DNA of 64,000 bases from Oikopleura dioica (taxonomy: Eukaryota > Animalia > Chordata), in contig OU015569.1 of the NCBI GenBank assembly GCA_907165135.1, forward strand, positions 11,780,001 through 11,844,000, given 5' to 3'. This document shows positions 15,489 through 27,410 of this stretch, piece by piece (position 1 is the stretch's first letter; the number at the start of each line of letters is the position of its first letter). The position numbers and the translations under genes are program-made. The notes beneath the pieces are model-generated. The model did no database searches, was not told where the DNA came from, and saw only the letters and a program-made list of their open reading frames with translations.

Positions 15489-18400
15489 ATGAGTTCGAAC
15501 CAGTCTCGTCGCTCGGCAAAGAAAGTAGAGGAGAGATGGTTCTTTAGTAAAAATGAAATCGAAGACACGCCCTCGGCATCGGACGGGATCGGCCACTACG
15601 ACGAGCTGCGATATCGGCAGCACGCGGCCAACCTCATTCAGGTCTGTTCTTCGCGCTCTAGAATCTCTAGAACACGGATTTCAGGAGTGCGGAAAGCAGC
15701 TCAAACTCGCCCAGCTTCCCATCAACACCGCCATCGTTTTTAGCCATCGCTTCTTCATGGTCCATTCTTTCAAGGTACAAACAGACACTTCTATAAAAAC
15801 CCCCAATTCTATGTATTGCATATAGACTCGAGAAGCCGCTTGTGGCTTCGAGAAACAAAATTCTAAGTCTTGTAGCGGCTATGCATGAATTCAACATAAA
15901 TTGAGACTTCGGCTTTGTTCAAAGAAAAAGCCGCAAGCGTCTTTTCGACTTTAGTAGCTCGAAGCCACAAGCGGCTTCTCAAATTATTTTCGATTACTTT
16001 AAAGCAGTCCAACTAATTAAGAAATAAGGGTGTTACTAATATAGCTTGGAAGTTGTCAAAATGGTTAACAAAAAATGTTAAGAAATTCAACAAATACGAC
16101 GTTGCCGCGGCGGCACTGTTTCTAGCGTCGAAGGTGGAAGAAAGCCCAAGAAAAGTGGAGCAGGTGCTGAAGGTAAAGGAAGACTGGACGCGGAAAGGAG
16201 CATCCTCGCCTGAGCCGCCCTTGGACCCGAACAGCGAAGAGTACCAGTGGAAGCTCAACCAACTCATCGACCATGAGGTTCGTTTCTAGTGGCTCTAGAA
16301 TCGCGTGTTTTCTATCATTTCTTCTTTCAGCTGCTGATGCTGCAAACGTTCGGCTTCGACGTGACGATCGATCACCCGCATAAGCATGTGATCAAGGCGA
16401 CACAGTTCATGCGAGGTAAAAACCGGTGACCAAAAAACTGACTGTTAACATTACCGTAACAGCGCCACGCGAACTGTCACACGTCGCCTACTTCATGGCG
16501 ACGAATTCGCTCAATTTGACGACGTTCTGCCTCGAGATGCGGCCGGAAGTCGTCGCCGCTACCTGCATCTACTTGAGCATCAAATGGAGCAAGTTCAAAA
16601 TGGACCGGAGCAGCGAAGGAAGGGTAAGTTGAATCGAACATGATTCTTAAGTGTATCCACAACGAAACGATAAACTTTCGTTTCAGTCAATATCTCTCAT
16701 AGATACCCTTATAATAACGCTCATATTTGATCGTAGCTTTTTTCTTAATATATTCTAGGAGTGGTGGAGCTACCTGGATCCGACGCTGACCGAGGACGAC
16801 CTTATCCTTAATGTGAAGAGATATATCGATGTTCTTAAGGTTCTTCTTGCACTAGATTCGATTGCATTTTTTAATGCGCGCGAACTTTAAGGAGCACCCC
16901 ACAAGGCTGACAGAAATCAAGCAACTCTGCCCCGGCACTGCCATTGAGACTCACTCACTCAACAACTCCAACTTAAGCGCTAGCGAAACCTCCAGCAACG
17001 ACCACAACTCCAGCCTTTCTCACAGAAGAATAAGCAGCCACCATCACAATCAGTCTAGCAACTCGACGTCCCACAGCAACAAGAGGCCCTACTCTGCCGA
17101 AGACTCCGAAGGATCAAAGAGGATGAAGACCGAATCCAGAGTTAAAGAAGAGTAAGTCGCCCTTTCTTTATAGAGCGCGTTAAATCTCGCCTCCACCTCT
17201 CTAACTCCCATTTTTCAGACCCAAACCGACCCTACCGCCAGTTCGCCTTCCTGGCTCGTGTTCGCGAGATCGTATGCGCGAGATCGAATCGCGTCTCCAA
17301 GTTCCCGAAAGCGGGAACTCTAGCTCTTCGAAAATGTAAGTCCAGTTCGCTCCATCGCTTCGTTTTAAGATTATTAGCACTTTCGAAAACTTTGAGTTCA
17401 GTCAAAATCAGAAAAAGTCCCTGGGACCGAAAAAGGTTCCGTATTCTGAATATTTAAAGAGGTATTCTTGAGCATGAGTATTTTTGACTGAGAAAACAAA
17501 ACAAAAAAAGCAGGGTACTATTCAGTATCGTCCTAACAAGGGGGCCCTAGAAGAGAGACTCTTAAAGTTTACAGCCAAAAGTAGGGAAGTTACCATCCCT
17601 TTCTCCCCTTATTCTAGTTTCTTGAGAAGTAAAGTGAAACAGGTCTGGGCTACTGTAACTGTGGCATGCCTGTGACTGGGCTCAGCTAACTGTGTTCAAA
17701 ATCTGACTGAGGATTTGAAAGAGCTGCGTTGACGCTTCGTTTCTCATCACTCAGTTTTCTACACAGGTTGCTGATCCCAGTCCTTCGAGCTAAATTTCCG
17801 CAGCACTTTCTTTTTTCATTATTTATGTCATTTTTATTTTCTTGGCTTGGGAAGATGGATTTCAATGTCTGAATGAATCTAATTGTGCTTGACCCTTTTT
17901 CTATTCCATCACTTCTTTCTTTTTATGATTTTTTTCATTTCAGGCCCAGCAGCGCGCACAAATCAAATTCTTCTAACTCTGCTTCATCCAACTCTGGCCG
18001 ACCTGGATCCTATTTACCTAGACTAACTGCTGATGAGAGATTCGTTAAAGAGTGCCTTAGACAAAAAGAACTTTGGGCAAAACTGAGCGACGAAGAGAAA
18101 GAGTATTGTAAATCATGGGTCAGTGTTTCTATATTATTAGATTTTATATCATTTGTTATCATTAATTAATCTTATCCTACTAAATATGGTCATAAATTGA
18201 TGGCAAGCGTCTTCGAGCTAGGATCGACAATGCCCACCAGACACGCGATCGAAAACCGACGTTTTTGTCGAGTTTTTGTTGGATCTCGTACAAAATCCCG
18301 AATCTAAAAATCCAACCCAAGCCCGACAAAAACCCGAAAAAAACGCTATAAATACCCGAAAACTCCCCTACGAAAACCCGACCAAAGCCCGATCGGCAAA

Positions 18401-18973
18401 TTCGGGCTGCAAGAAAATCCGATGAAAACCCGATCCGAATTTCGGGAGCATTTGTCGATCCAAGTCTGCGAGACAAGGGGCCCATCAGGGGCGCGCGCTG
18501 ATACGCGGAGCGCTTTCGGCTCGAAATCGAAAGTCGCGCGCGAGATCAAAGCGTAGGCGCCGCCCCCACTATGGGCCATAGATTCTGATTGGTGCTCCAC
18601 CACTGCACGTGCTCAGAGGAGAGATAATCTCTCATTCTGAAATTTTCGAATTTCGAAGGAACATGAAAAAGAACTTGAGAAAGTTCTCTCACTGACCCAA
18701 AACTAGAAAGTTAAAGAGAAAAAAAGAAAAGAACATGAGAAGATCCGCGAGTCGAGGGCAAGGCAGTCTGCTTCAGCACAATCCTCAATAGTAAGTCAAC
18801 CCATAATGGGGTGTTACAAGCAATGAATTTCCATGTTTCTTCTAAAAGCCGCTAACGGTTAGATTCTAACCCTTTTGTTTCAGAATTCTTCAAACGCCCC
18901 TATCCGTGCGCCTCCAGACCTGTCGGAATCTCACCGAGCGGTGGACCAGATCGCAAACGAGTTACTAATGTAA
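15489..18973 (+). CDS. CCNT1/CCNT2: Cyclin T, multi-exon; 3' end inferred (alternative stop at 18704-18706)
   Basis: [50 protein letters not shown] and WWSYLD match the cyclin T boxes; followed by a low-complexity S/H-rich tail. Confidence 0.9.
15830..15980. repeat. 151-bp element bounded by perfect 23-bp inverted repeats (cyclin T intron); related fragments at ~2085-2140, 4650-4670, 7760-7855, 57400-57450, 58160-58180
   Basis: GAGAAGCCGCTTGTGGCTTCGAG and CTCGAAGCCACAAGCGGCTTCTC; shares the AAGCCGC..GCGGCTT module of family A interiors; no TSD seen. Confidence 0.75.
17676..17780. mobile_element. MITE family A copy (cyclin T intron), degenerate
   Basis: CTGGGCTCAG...TTTTCTACACAGGTTGCTGATCCCAG; flanks GCCTGTGA/TCCTTCGA (5 of 8 identical). 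Confidence 0.75.
18250..18445. repeat. Degenerate AAAACCCGA-type repeat cluster in cyclin T intron
   Basis: About ten variants (AAAACCGA, AAAATCCCGA, AAAAACCCGA, AAATACCCGA, GAAAACCCGA). Confidence 0.6.
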
Positions 18974-19621
18974 ACCACCGCCGTCGCGTTCTTTTGTTTT
19001 TTCATCTCTCTTTCCCGCTCTTCTCTTTTGCTCTCAACCCTTCTACTAGTCAAAATTGAACCTTTTACTCGCAGTAACACAGCATTACTCTGTCCGCGCG
19101 TTACTGTATCTTTTTCCTTTCTAGATTACTTTCAATTCCTAAATTTCAATATTTTAAATATCCTTATCAACCTATCTCGTTTTCAAAACCGAAGTTAAAA
19201 AAAATGAGCCCCACCCCTGAAAAAAAAAACATCCCCTGCTTCATTTTTGCTAAAATTTATTTATTTGAAGAAAATTTTTCCGAAAAACAACACTCTTTTA
19301 TCATGTTTTCTGTACAAATCATGCGCCTCTTAAATTTTTTGAATATTTTTTTCTATTTCAAAAAAATTCAAAGACAAACAAGTGAAAAAATCTCGCATTA
19401 ACTAACTTTCCTTCTATTCAGAATTATTGAGAAAACCGAGAAGTGGAGAAGAAAAGAGGCCAGGAGTGGACATTGAGCCTGAAACTAGAGCAGTGCCAAT
19501 GTTTGGCCAACAACCAGAGATCATCCTGGTTTCGGACGGGAGGGAAAACCCTCCGGAAAGATTTATCACATCTGAAAATACAGTCGCAACTTATTCAACT
19601 TCAAAACTATCAACTCCTAAG

Positions 19622-19834
19622 CTAGGCTTGGCAACTCCAATCAGAGGGCATTAAAGATGTTTTACAGACACTAAATTAAATAGAAAATAGCCATAGTTCA
19701 ATAAGATCAACTACTGGTAGTGATTTTGGCGCAGCCGCTTCGCGGCTTTGTTAAAAAGGAAGCCGCTACGCGGCTATTTACAATGTGCCAACTTAGAGCA
19801 CTGGCTGAGTTTTTACAGAGAGTGCCGAGTCTAG
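19622..19834. mobile_element. MITE family A copy, diverged arms
   Basis: CTAGGCTTGGCAAC...GTGCCGAGTCTAG ends; interior GCCGCTTCGCGGC and GCCGCTACGCGGC. Confidence 0.75.
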
Positions 19835-20764
19835 CTTTTTTACTATTATCTCTACATTTCGTCCCCTAACCACCTTTTCAATTCAGACATGAGGAATATG
19901 TGCGTCGAATGTGGAGTTCGATGATCGTCAGAAGCAGAAAGACTTTCTCAAGATCCTGGTCGGTCATCTCTCCATCGAATAACTGCGAGCGGCGACTTCA
20001 ATCGCTGATGCAACGGGCTCCGTTGATGTGCTCAGCCGCAACGAGAGGGAAAACCCTCGGAGACAACGAAGAATAAGGAGAAAATACTCCTCCTCCGATG
20101 GCCTCAGGCGGAAGACGGGAATGGCGAACTCAGACCCCTGATCATTGCCAAGCAATCGAATTCATCGACTTTCATTTTACTCAAGTTCACTATTACTTTT
20201 GCCAATTATCACACCTACCTACCAACTAAAAATTAACCATTTTCTCTATTTCAGACGAAAGAAATGCCCTGAGCGCGAATCGATAACCGACCAGTCCGGT
20301 CGGTTATTCTGCGAAAACTTGCCTGAGACGGGCGATTACATCTTCCACTGCCACCCATAACGGGTGGCGGTGCGAAGATTAACGAGCAGTTTGCTTCCAA
20401 ACTGATGGAAGAGGACAAGGATAGAGGAATCTACCTCTTTCACCACTTCTCCGGCTCTGTTCGACTGCGAGATCACCTGAAAAGGAAGGGTCAAACAACA
20501 ATTCTTCATGCTCGGACAACTGCCCTTGTATTCCTCTGTCACTCACGTGACGTACACGCTACTGAAAATACAGTCGCAACTTTCAACAACTCAACTTTTA
20601 CTCAATTGAATTCTTTCAGAAGAATCCAATTCTCCTCGTTGTTTTCTGTATTATTTGCATTTTCGATTAGCAGGAACGTTTATCCTTGCAAGGCAAATGA
20701 AGCATGTTTAAAGAGATTGCAGGATTGAGAAAAAATGAATCCGGCAATGAAGACTCGGTGCATC

Positions 20765-20837
20765 TTTCTCTCGCGGCTTTTCTTTCATAATGGTTCTGAA
20801 TCTGACTCAGGCTCTCTACATAGGTTGCCGCCCCCAG
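20765..20837. mobile_element. MITE family A right-arm remnant
   Basis: CTGACTCAGGCTCTCTACATAGGTTGCCGCCCCCAG. Confidence 0.7.
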
Positions 20838-21124
20838 TTCTTGACTTGATCCTCTAACTTGAAACTAAAATTAAGTCTAAAATCCTCCAAGAAAGTGTGC
20901 CATATTCAGCGAAGATTTTCTTTTACAACTAATTAAAAAATAATCAAGTAACTTTTTGATATGTTTCTTTTTATTGTTGTATTTTTCGGTGTTTGTGAAT
21001 TTGGAAGGTATGTGCATTAAGTTATAGAGTCGATGTCGTCTTTAACTATGTACAAAGCAGGTTGTAATTTTGCAGAAAGGAAGGTCGGGAAGAAGTTTTT
21101 CTCTTTTTCTTGTTTTCTTGCTCC

Positions 21125-24100
21125 TCACTGCGAACACTTGTGTTCCTTCACGTGCTTCGAAAGATGATCCGAACGCATGAATCGCTTCGAGCAGACTGGA
21201 CAGGAGAATCGCTTTTCGCCTGAAAGAATATTTTTAGATTCTTGAAATTTAAGCCGTATTAGTAAAGTAAACTTTGATTGAAAATTAAAGTGAAAAAACT
21301 TTTCAGATTGGAAATTATGCCTCTCTAAGGCGCTAGATTAAGGTTTGAACTTAATGTTGGTAAAATTAAATAAGGGTGTGACTGTGTTAATTTCAGAAGG
21401 AAAAGCGTGATGTTAAAGCCCATTTATGGTGTGTAGCACCTTAAAATTAACCGATTATTGTCAAGGATTGTCGATAAAACGAATCCTCTGTTAACAAAGT
21501 GACGCCCTTATTTCAAGGCATTTTCTTAGAATATTCATAACGTTATTTTGGGGTGTAAGCATTAATTTCGAGGAAAATTGTGGCGTTGCGAATTTAAAGA
21601 GATAACTCGAGCAACTCAGCTGGCCGCGAAAATGACTTGCAAGTGCGGGCGGATTATTTCTAGCGGCGATTATTTCGTGGAAATTGAGAAATAGAGGAAA
21701 ATTGCTAATCGCGAACTGAAAAAGTACTTGCTCAAATAACGAGAAAACGAAAAAGGTGGCTATTTCGTTGACCGCGCCGCTCTCTCTAAACACTACCTCG
21801 AATGCTACATGTCGAGATTACCGTGACAGGCCAATTCCAGGCTTATCTTCAAAACGCTTTTTCTGACGCAGAAGTATCAATTAGTAGTTCCCTTTTTTGA
21901 TGATTTCTGCTACCGCCTTTTTTTAAATAATTTTATTCAAAACGAAAATTGCTGAATTTTCAATTTGAAAAGTCGAGTTTCAATTTTGAAAAATCATCAC
22001 ACGCAAAACATCGCCTTTTACGATTTAACGATTGTCGAAAATTAAAATCAGAGTTTTCAAACAGACGCTCAAGACGCTCTTTCAAATTCGGGAGATTTAC
22101 ACGAGCTTATTGCTGAGAAAACAATTAGTGTCAGGGGCGCCCTTTCATCGGACATTCTTAAATTATTATTCTCGAGGAATTATCATTTTTTGCCTTGCGC
22201 GAAATCGTAAAATCGCCACTTGCATGATTTTTTCTAGTTTTGTAATGGCCCTTACCTGTGTAGAAAACCTAAGTCAGGGTCTGAGAAATCTAATACGAAA
22301 AGCCGCGTAGCGGCTTTTTCTTGAAGAAGCCGCGAGGCGGCTTCGCGAAATTTCCTTTTCAATCAATTTTTAAATTCGCGGCTTCTCTAAGAAAATCATA
22401 TTGGATTTCTCAGACCCTGACTCAGGTTTTCTACACAGGTTGCCAAGCCTAGGCTTCCCGATCCCAGATCAAGAACTAGTCTTTTTCTCTTCTTGCTAGA
22501 GTTTCTATGGTGAGACCCTTAATAAAGCTAGCACAAATTCTAGTATTCTAGTAAGTGGTCCATTAGTAGCCCGCTAGTGCTAGAAGCAGATTCGTCTGGA
22601 GAAGCATGATTGCAGAGATGTAGTTATGCGGAAGTAATTTGACAGGGCGGCTCGCTAGCTTCATCGATTTGGCAAAATTACACGAATTCGCCAAATTCAT
22701 CGAATGCCGACCTGCCAGACTCGACCGCTTTGATGGAAAGTCTCGTCTTCTAGATGCCTGCCTGCCCGACTGTTGAACGCATTCTACAGTCAGCCTCAAA
22801 AAAGAAAAGCCAGCAAAGATAGTTTGAAGTGAGCGGAAAATGAGTGAATCTGATCTCAGGCGCGATCGCGAGCTTGAAAATTTGAGGAAACCCCTTCAAT
22901 CCCCTGAGAGCCACTTTCAGATTTTTTGCATCTTTCCAAAGCTCTTAATTGGCACCCAGTAAATCACACTCCCAGGCGGCGCACTTGCACCAACAAAAAT
23001 CGAAAATGCAGCTCAGACTCGTTACAGTACTTGTACATTCATCATCATCCGAAAAAATCTACTTCTAGTGGTCAAAAGTTCTATCAAAAAAAGCCAATTT
23101 TGGCTTTCAAAATGGAAAATAAATAATTAGGGGTCAAACTTTTCTTCCCTCATATCTGGGCTTGGCAACCTGAGTAGAAAACCTGAGTCAGGCTCTGGAA
23201 GAGCTAAAATGAAAAGTCGCGTAGCGGCTTTTTCTAAAAACGAAGCCGCGAAGCGGCTTCGCCAGGAATTTAAAGAAAATTTACATGTTTGAATTGCTAC
23301 GCGATTTTTCATTTTAGCTTTTCCAGAGCCTGACTCAGGTTTTCTACTAAGGTTGCCGAGCCCAGACTCATATAGAATGAGGACGTATTTTAACCCTTGC
23401 CCAAAGAGCATTATTTACAAGTATTTTAACATTTGTACTGATGATACTTTTTTGGCCCATCAGTCAAGAAAAAAAAGAGCGAAGATGCAAAAAAGTGGCG
23501 AGCGGGGGTGCATTTAGCCGCTAATTTGCACCACCAGATGCGTCAAAATTAGCGCCTCTCCACTCTCCCACGGACTATGGCTAGTAACGCTCAGCTCAGA
23601 ACAAACTTTTAGAAAACGCAATTTAAAATTAACGATTTTCGGACGAGTCTCTTCTTATGATGAATCATGAGTTACGTTTCCAAGTCCTGCTGATTTATGG
23701 TACGAAATGTTAACTGCTTCCGCTTTTATTTCAAAAATATTGAGAAAATGAGCGCTCTCTGCCGATTTTAACTAGAATTTTGGGTGTAAATAGTTTTCAA
23801 CTGAAAGTTAGGGCTAGGTTTAATTATAGGCTTAACATAGTGACACCCTTATTGAAATTTGTCTTCAAATTTATAAAAAATCTAGGCAAAGGTTTGGTCT
23901 TTCTTTTGATAAAATAAGGGTGTCAATAGACTAATTTTTGAAAACAAATTTGAAGAGAATAACCATTCAACATTACTATCTTCCTGGTTGTCGGTAATTG
24001 ATTACATAAGAGTAAGAAAATCACCCATTTTTGGCATAAAAAAGCGCACTCTTGGTCCGATGCATTTGTGGCACGGAGGATTCAAATTTCCGGGAGGAAA

Positions 24101-25567
24101 TATCCTCTGCGTGCCAACCGTCGCAGCGCGGAATCGAGTGTGATTGATCACGCAAAATTGGAGTTTCCGCGATAGTTTTGATCATTTCGTTTAGAACTTA
24201 CCGGAGTGCCATCGTAAGTGCGCCTTCAGGTGGCTGGTTTTGGCGTAGACTTTTCCGCAGCCGGGGATGTGGCAGTTGTGGACGCGGGGACGGAGGGAGG
24301 ACTGGGCGGCAGGGGGAAGCGACTCGATCTGTTGACAATTGGGACACGTGCAGTTCGATCTTCCTGTATTGCGCCGCACGGAAGTGCCACTTGAGCGCGA
24401 GGAGAAACCAGAAGCAGCTCGGATGGTGGATTCGATCGACGACGTCGTCGAGCCGCTCATTTTGCCACCGCCGGGCGACTGTAACGTCGTCGCCGAATAG
24501 TCGTAGAGAGGATAAGGGGATGACATGTTCGCCAGGTTCTGGTTTGCTGTCATTTGTCCTAAAATACGAAATGAATTAGATGTCGAAGAATCGGACCAAT
24601 AAGCGCTTTGATCAGAAAATACCTATCAAGGCCATTGATTGGCTACAAACTGAAATTATCCAAAAACTAGCCAGTCAACGATCTAGATAGATATTTTAAA
24701 TCAGAGTTGCTATTGGCTTGTTTCCGCGAAATAGTCGAATTTTGAGCTGTATTACCTAGCATCTGTTGATAAGCTTGTGTGTCGACGTATGCGTTTGCGC
24801 CGGGCAGTGCACTCGTTGCGTGATTGCGAAGGTTCAGGTCGAGCCCTGTCGCCCAGTTCGACCAGTCGGGGTATCCAGCTTGCGAGACCGTCTGGCTAGT
24901 CATGTAGCTCTGAGTCGTGGGGATCGTGGACGGAATCGAGGCTGATGGAGAAAGCGACGAGGAAGTGGGAGTGGCTGGTTTTGTCCAAGGAGTTGAATAA
25001 GGATATAACGAGTATAAATCCAAACCGCTCTGAATTTTTAAAAACATGAAAAAGGCATTCAAGGTGAAATCTGAAAAATCAACAAAGAAGATGGATTTTA
25101 AGATTAATTACCTGATAAATAGACGAATGAGGAACCGCACTGGAAGCACTGTGTTCTTCCTGTTTCAGAGTGTCATCTTTTGGCTCAAGCTTGGGCTGCG
25201 TGGGGCTGGACTCGTTCGATCCGGCAGAGAGACTTTGGCCGACGGAGCCGTCAACCCCCGTCGTGGAAACTGTCTGTGGATAAACTGTCTGCTGGCTGCT
25301 GCTGTCGGTTCCGCTGGCGACTTCCGTGTCTGAGTGGGAATGGCTCGTCTTTTCGTTCTGCGTGACTGTATGCGACTGTGGCTGGACGAGACCTGTGCTT
25401 GTAGAACTCAGCGCTGGGGTCAACCCTGCAACGCCCAAGGGAGAAGTCTCCCAGGGCGTAGAAGTGACAGTAGCAGTGACGCTGGTTGGAGCGACTCCTG
25501 CTACTCCTTTGGGCACTCCAACGGCATGTGTCGGATCGGCGATCAATGATTTCTCGACTGAGAGCAT
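21125..25567 (-). CDS. SP8/SP9-like: Sp6-9 class (Sp8/9-like) zinc-finger transcription factor; finger 2 not found; start approximate
   Basis: Buttonhead box RSNCTCPNC and ZF1 [27 protein letters not shown] (24191-24553). ZF3 exon [27 protein letters not shown] lies at 21125-21219. Confidence 0.85.
22246..22452. mobile_element. MITE family A full-length copy (Sp intron)
   Basis: Mirrored arms GGGTCTGAGAAATCTAATA and TATTGGATTTCTCAGACCC; interior palindromes. Confidence 0.9.
23156..23365. mobile_element. MITE family A full-length copy (Sp intron)
   Basis: ~70-bp near-perfect arms; TSD CCTCATAT/ACTCATAT. Confidence 0.95.
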
Positions 25568-26255
25568 CTCTGTTTCTGTGAATCTCTCTCTGTTTTTGTG
25601 TTGAGTTTTGGAACCAGGTGTCTTGAAGTTCGTCGCTCTTTTTTCTTTATTGGAGTCTTTGGTGGTAAATTTAAGGGTGTTACGAAGGGTGAAGAAGCAA
25701 AAGTAGCAATTTGGAGTGAAGAGAGAGAGGTAGCTGCTGGTAGGACGGGCGAGTTCGATTTCGTCGCAAGGGGCGCTAGAAAGCGGAGGCGGAATTGGCC
25801 GCGCCGCGGCGCCACCCGCAGGATGCTCCACCACAAACCCAAAATGGAAGAGCGGAGCTGTGCCTCCATGCATTTTATCGAGCCCCTTTATTAGTGGGTA
25901 ATTATGAACAATTAGAAATCGGATCGATTCACGCCAGAATTGAATCCCCAATCCGAAATTTCCTGTTTTTATTTTCGCAAAAATCAGGGCGGCCATAAAA
26001 ATAAAAACGTGTGGCTCTCGCTCCTTTTCATTATTCTGATGATCTTTACGGCGCTTGTTTATCGTTACGCAAAACGGAAGTCGTTACTCACCGAATATAT
26101 CGCTAAAGAGAGGGGATAAAAGACGGTGAATTATGCTATTTCAAATGCTATGCTTTGGCAATTTGCAACAGCTTTTAATTACTGCTTCTATTCACTCACC
26201 AAAGCAAGGTCAACAAATTGGACAAGGAAGAGTTAGGGTTAGGGACCGTTCTTCC

Positions 26256-26492
26256 CTGGGCTCGGCAACCTGTGTAGAATGCCTGAGTCAGGGTCTGAAA
26301 GAAAAGTCGCGTAGCGGCTTTTTCAAAAACGAAGCCGCGAAGCGGCTTCCCCAGAATTTCTTATAGATTGTAATGAGAATATTAGCGAAGCCGCTCCGCG
26401 GCTTCGTTTTTAAAAAAAAGCCGCTTCGCGGCTTTTCATTTCAGCCTTTTCAGACCCTGACTCAGGTTTTCTACACAGGTTGCCGAGCCCAG
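26256..26492. mobile_element. MITE family A full-length copy
   Basis: CTGGGCTCGGCAACCTGTGTAG...CTACACAGGTTGCCGAGCCCAG; TSD GTTCTTCC/ATTCTTCC. Confidence 0.95.
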
Positions 26493-27299
26493 ATTCTTCC
26501 AAAACTGAAATTGAATTTCAGAATTAAAAAAAAACCTAAAAAGTTCCATCAAAGCGCCAGACTTGTTTACTTGCGTCAAGAAGTTTTCAGCAAGAAAATA
26601 TTTTCATAAAATTGATTTTAAAAGGATCAGAAACGAGCCTTTTTTATTCTTTCTTGAATTGCAAATCAATTGATTTTGGAGTGCACTTGAAAGTGTTTCC
26701 AATAATATCGGAAATTTTAAAAGAAAGAGTGATTTGATAAGTTGGAAAGTTTGAATGGAAGGGGAGGTATTATTACGTCGATAGCGGTCGATAAGGAACC
26801 GGTTGGTGGGAAAAGAAGATGCCAATTGGCGATGACCCCTGACTCGCTTCTTCGCTCCACTAAAAAGAGAAGAGAGAGAGCAGCTCCACCACCACTTGGG
26901 ATGAAAACGGCGCCGCGGCTGAATTAAATTCCCATTTTCACAAATTCGAGCTTCTTTTTTTTCCCACTCCCGTTCTTTTTTTTTGCAACACTTGAAAACG
27001 GAGAAGTCGAAAAGCTGAAGAAGCTTGCCTGCTTCGTAAAATGGGGGGAGCCGTTGTCTTAAAAAGCGGCGAGTATTTATTCTGGTGGAGGTTAATTCTT
27101 GTTTGCGCGTGCTGCCGAGGTGGAATTACGCCCCGTCGACCGCGTTTTGTACTTAACATTTAGTGCCACTGCGTTATTTTTGTTTCAAACAGGCACTTTC
27201 GCGAATGTTGAGAAAATACGCTTCACCTCAAGCTAACCGCTCTCTGATAAGTCAAAAACGCACTTTTTCAATTCATTACCAGGCACCAAAGGTATCTGA

Positions 27300-27410
27300 T
27301 GTGGCTTAGCGATCTGAGTTGAAACCTGAGTCAGGGTCCTAGAAATCCAATTTCACATAGGTTTCCTTCAGGACCCTGACTCAGGTTTCTACACAGGCTG
27401 GCGAGTAGGA
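27300..27410. mobile_element. MITE family A short copy
   Basis: AACCTGAGTCAGGGTCC...GGACCCTGACTCAGGTTTCTACACAGG. Confidence 0.85.

Noticed and set aside
22563-22799. GC-richer block in the Sp intron as the missing ZF2 exon
   Set aside because: None of the three minus-strand frames contains a C2H2 pattern or RSDEL.
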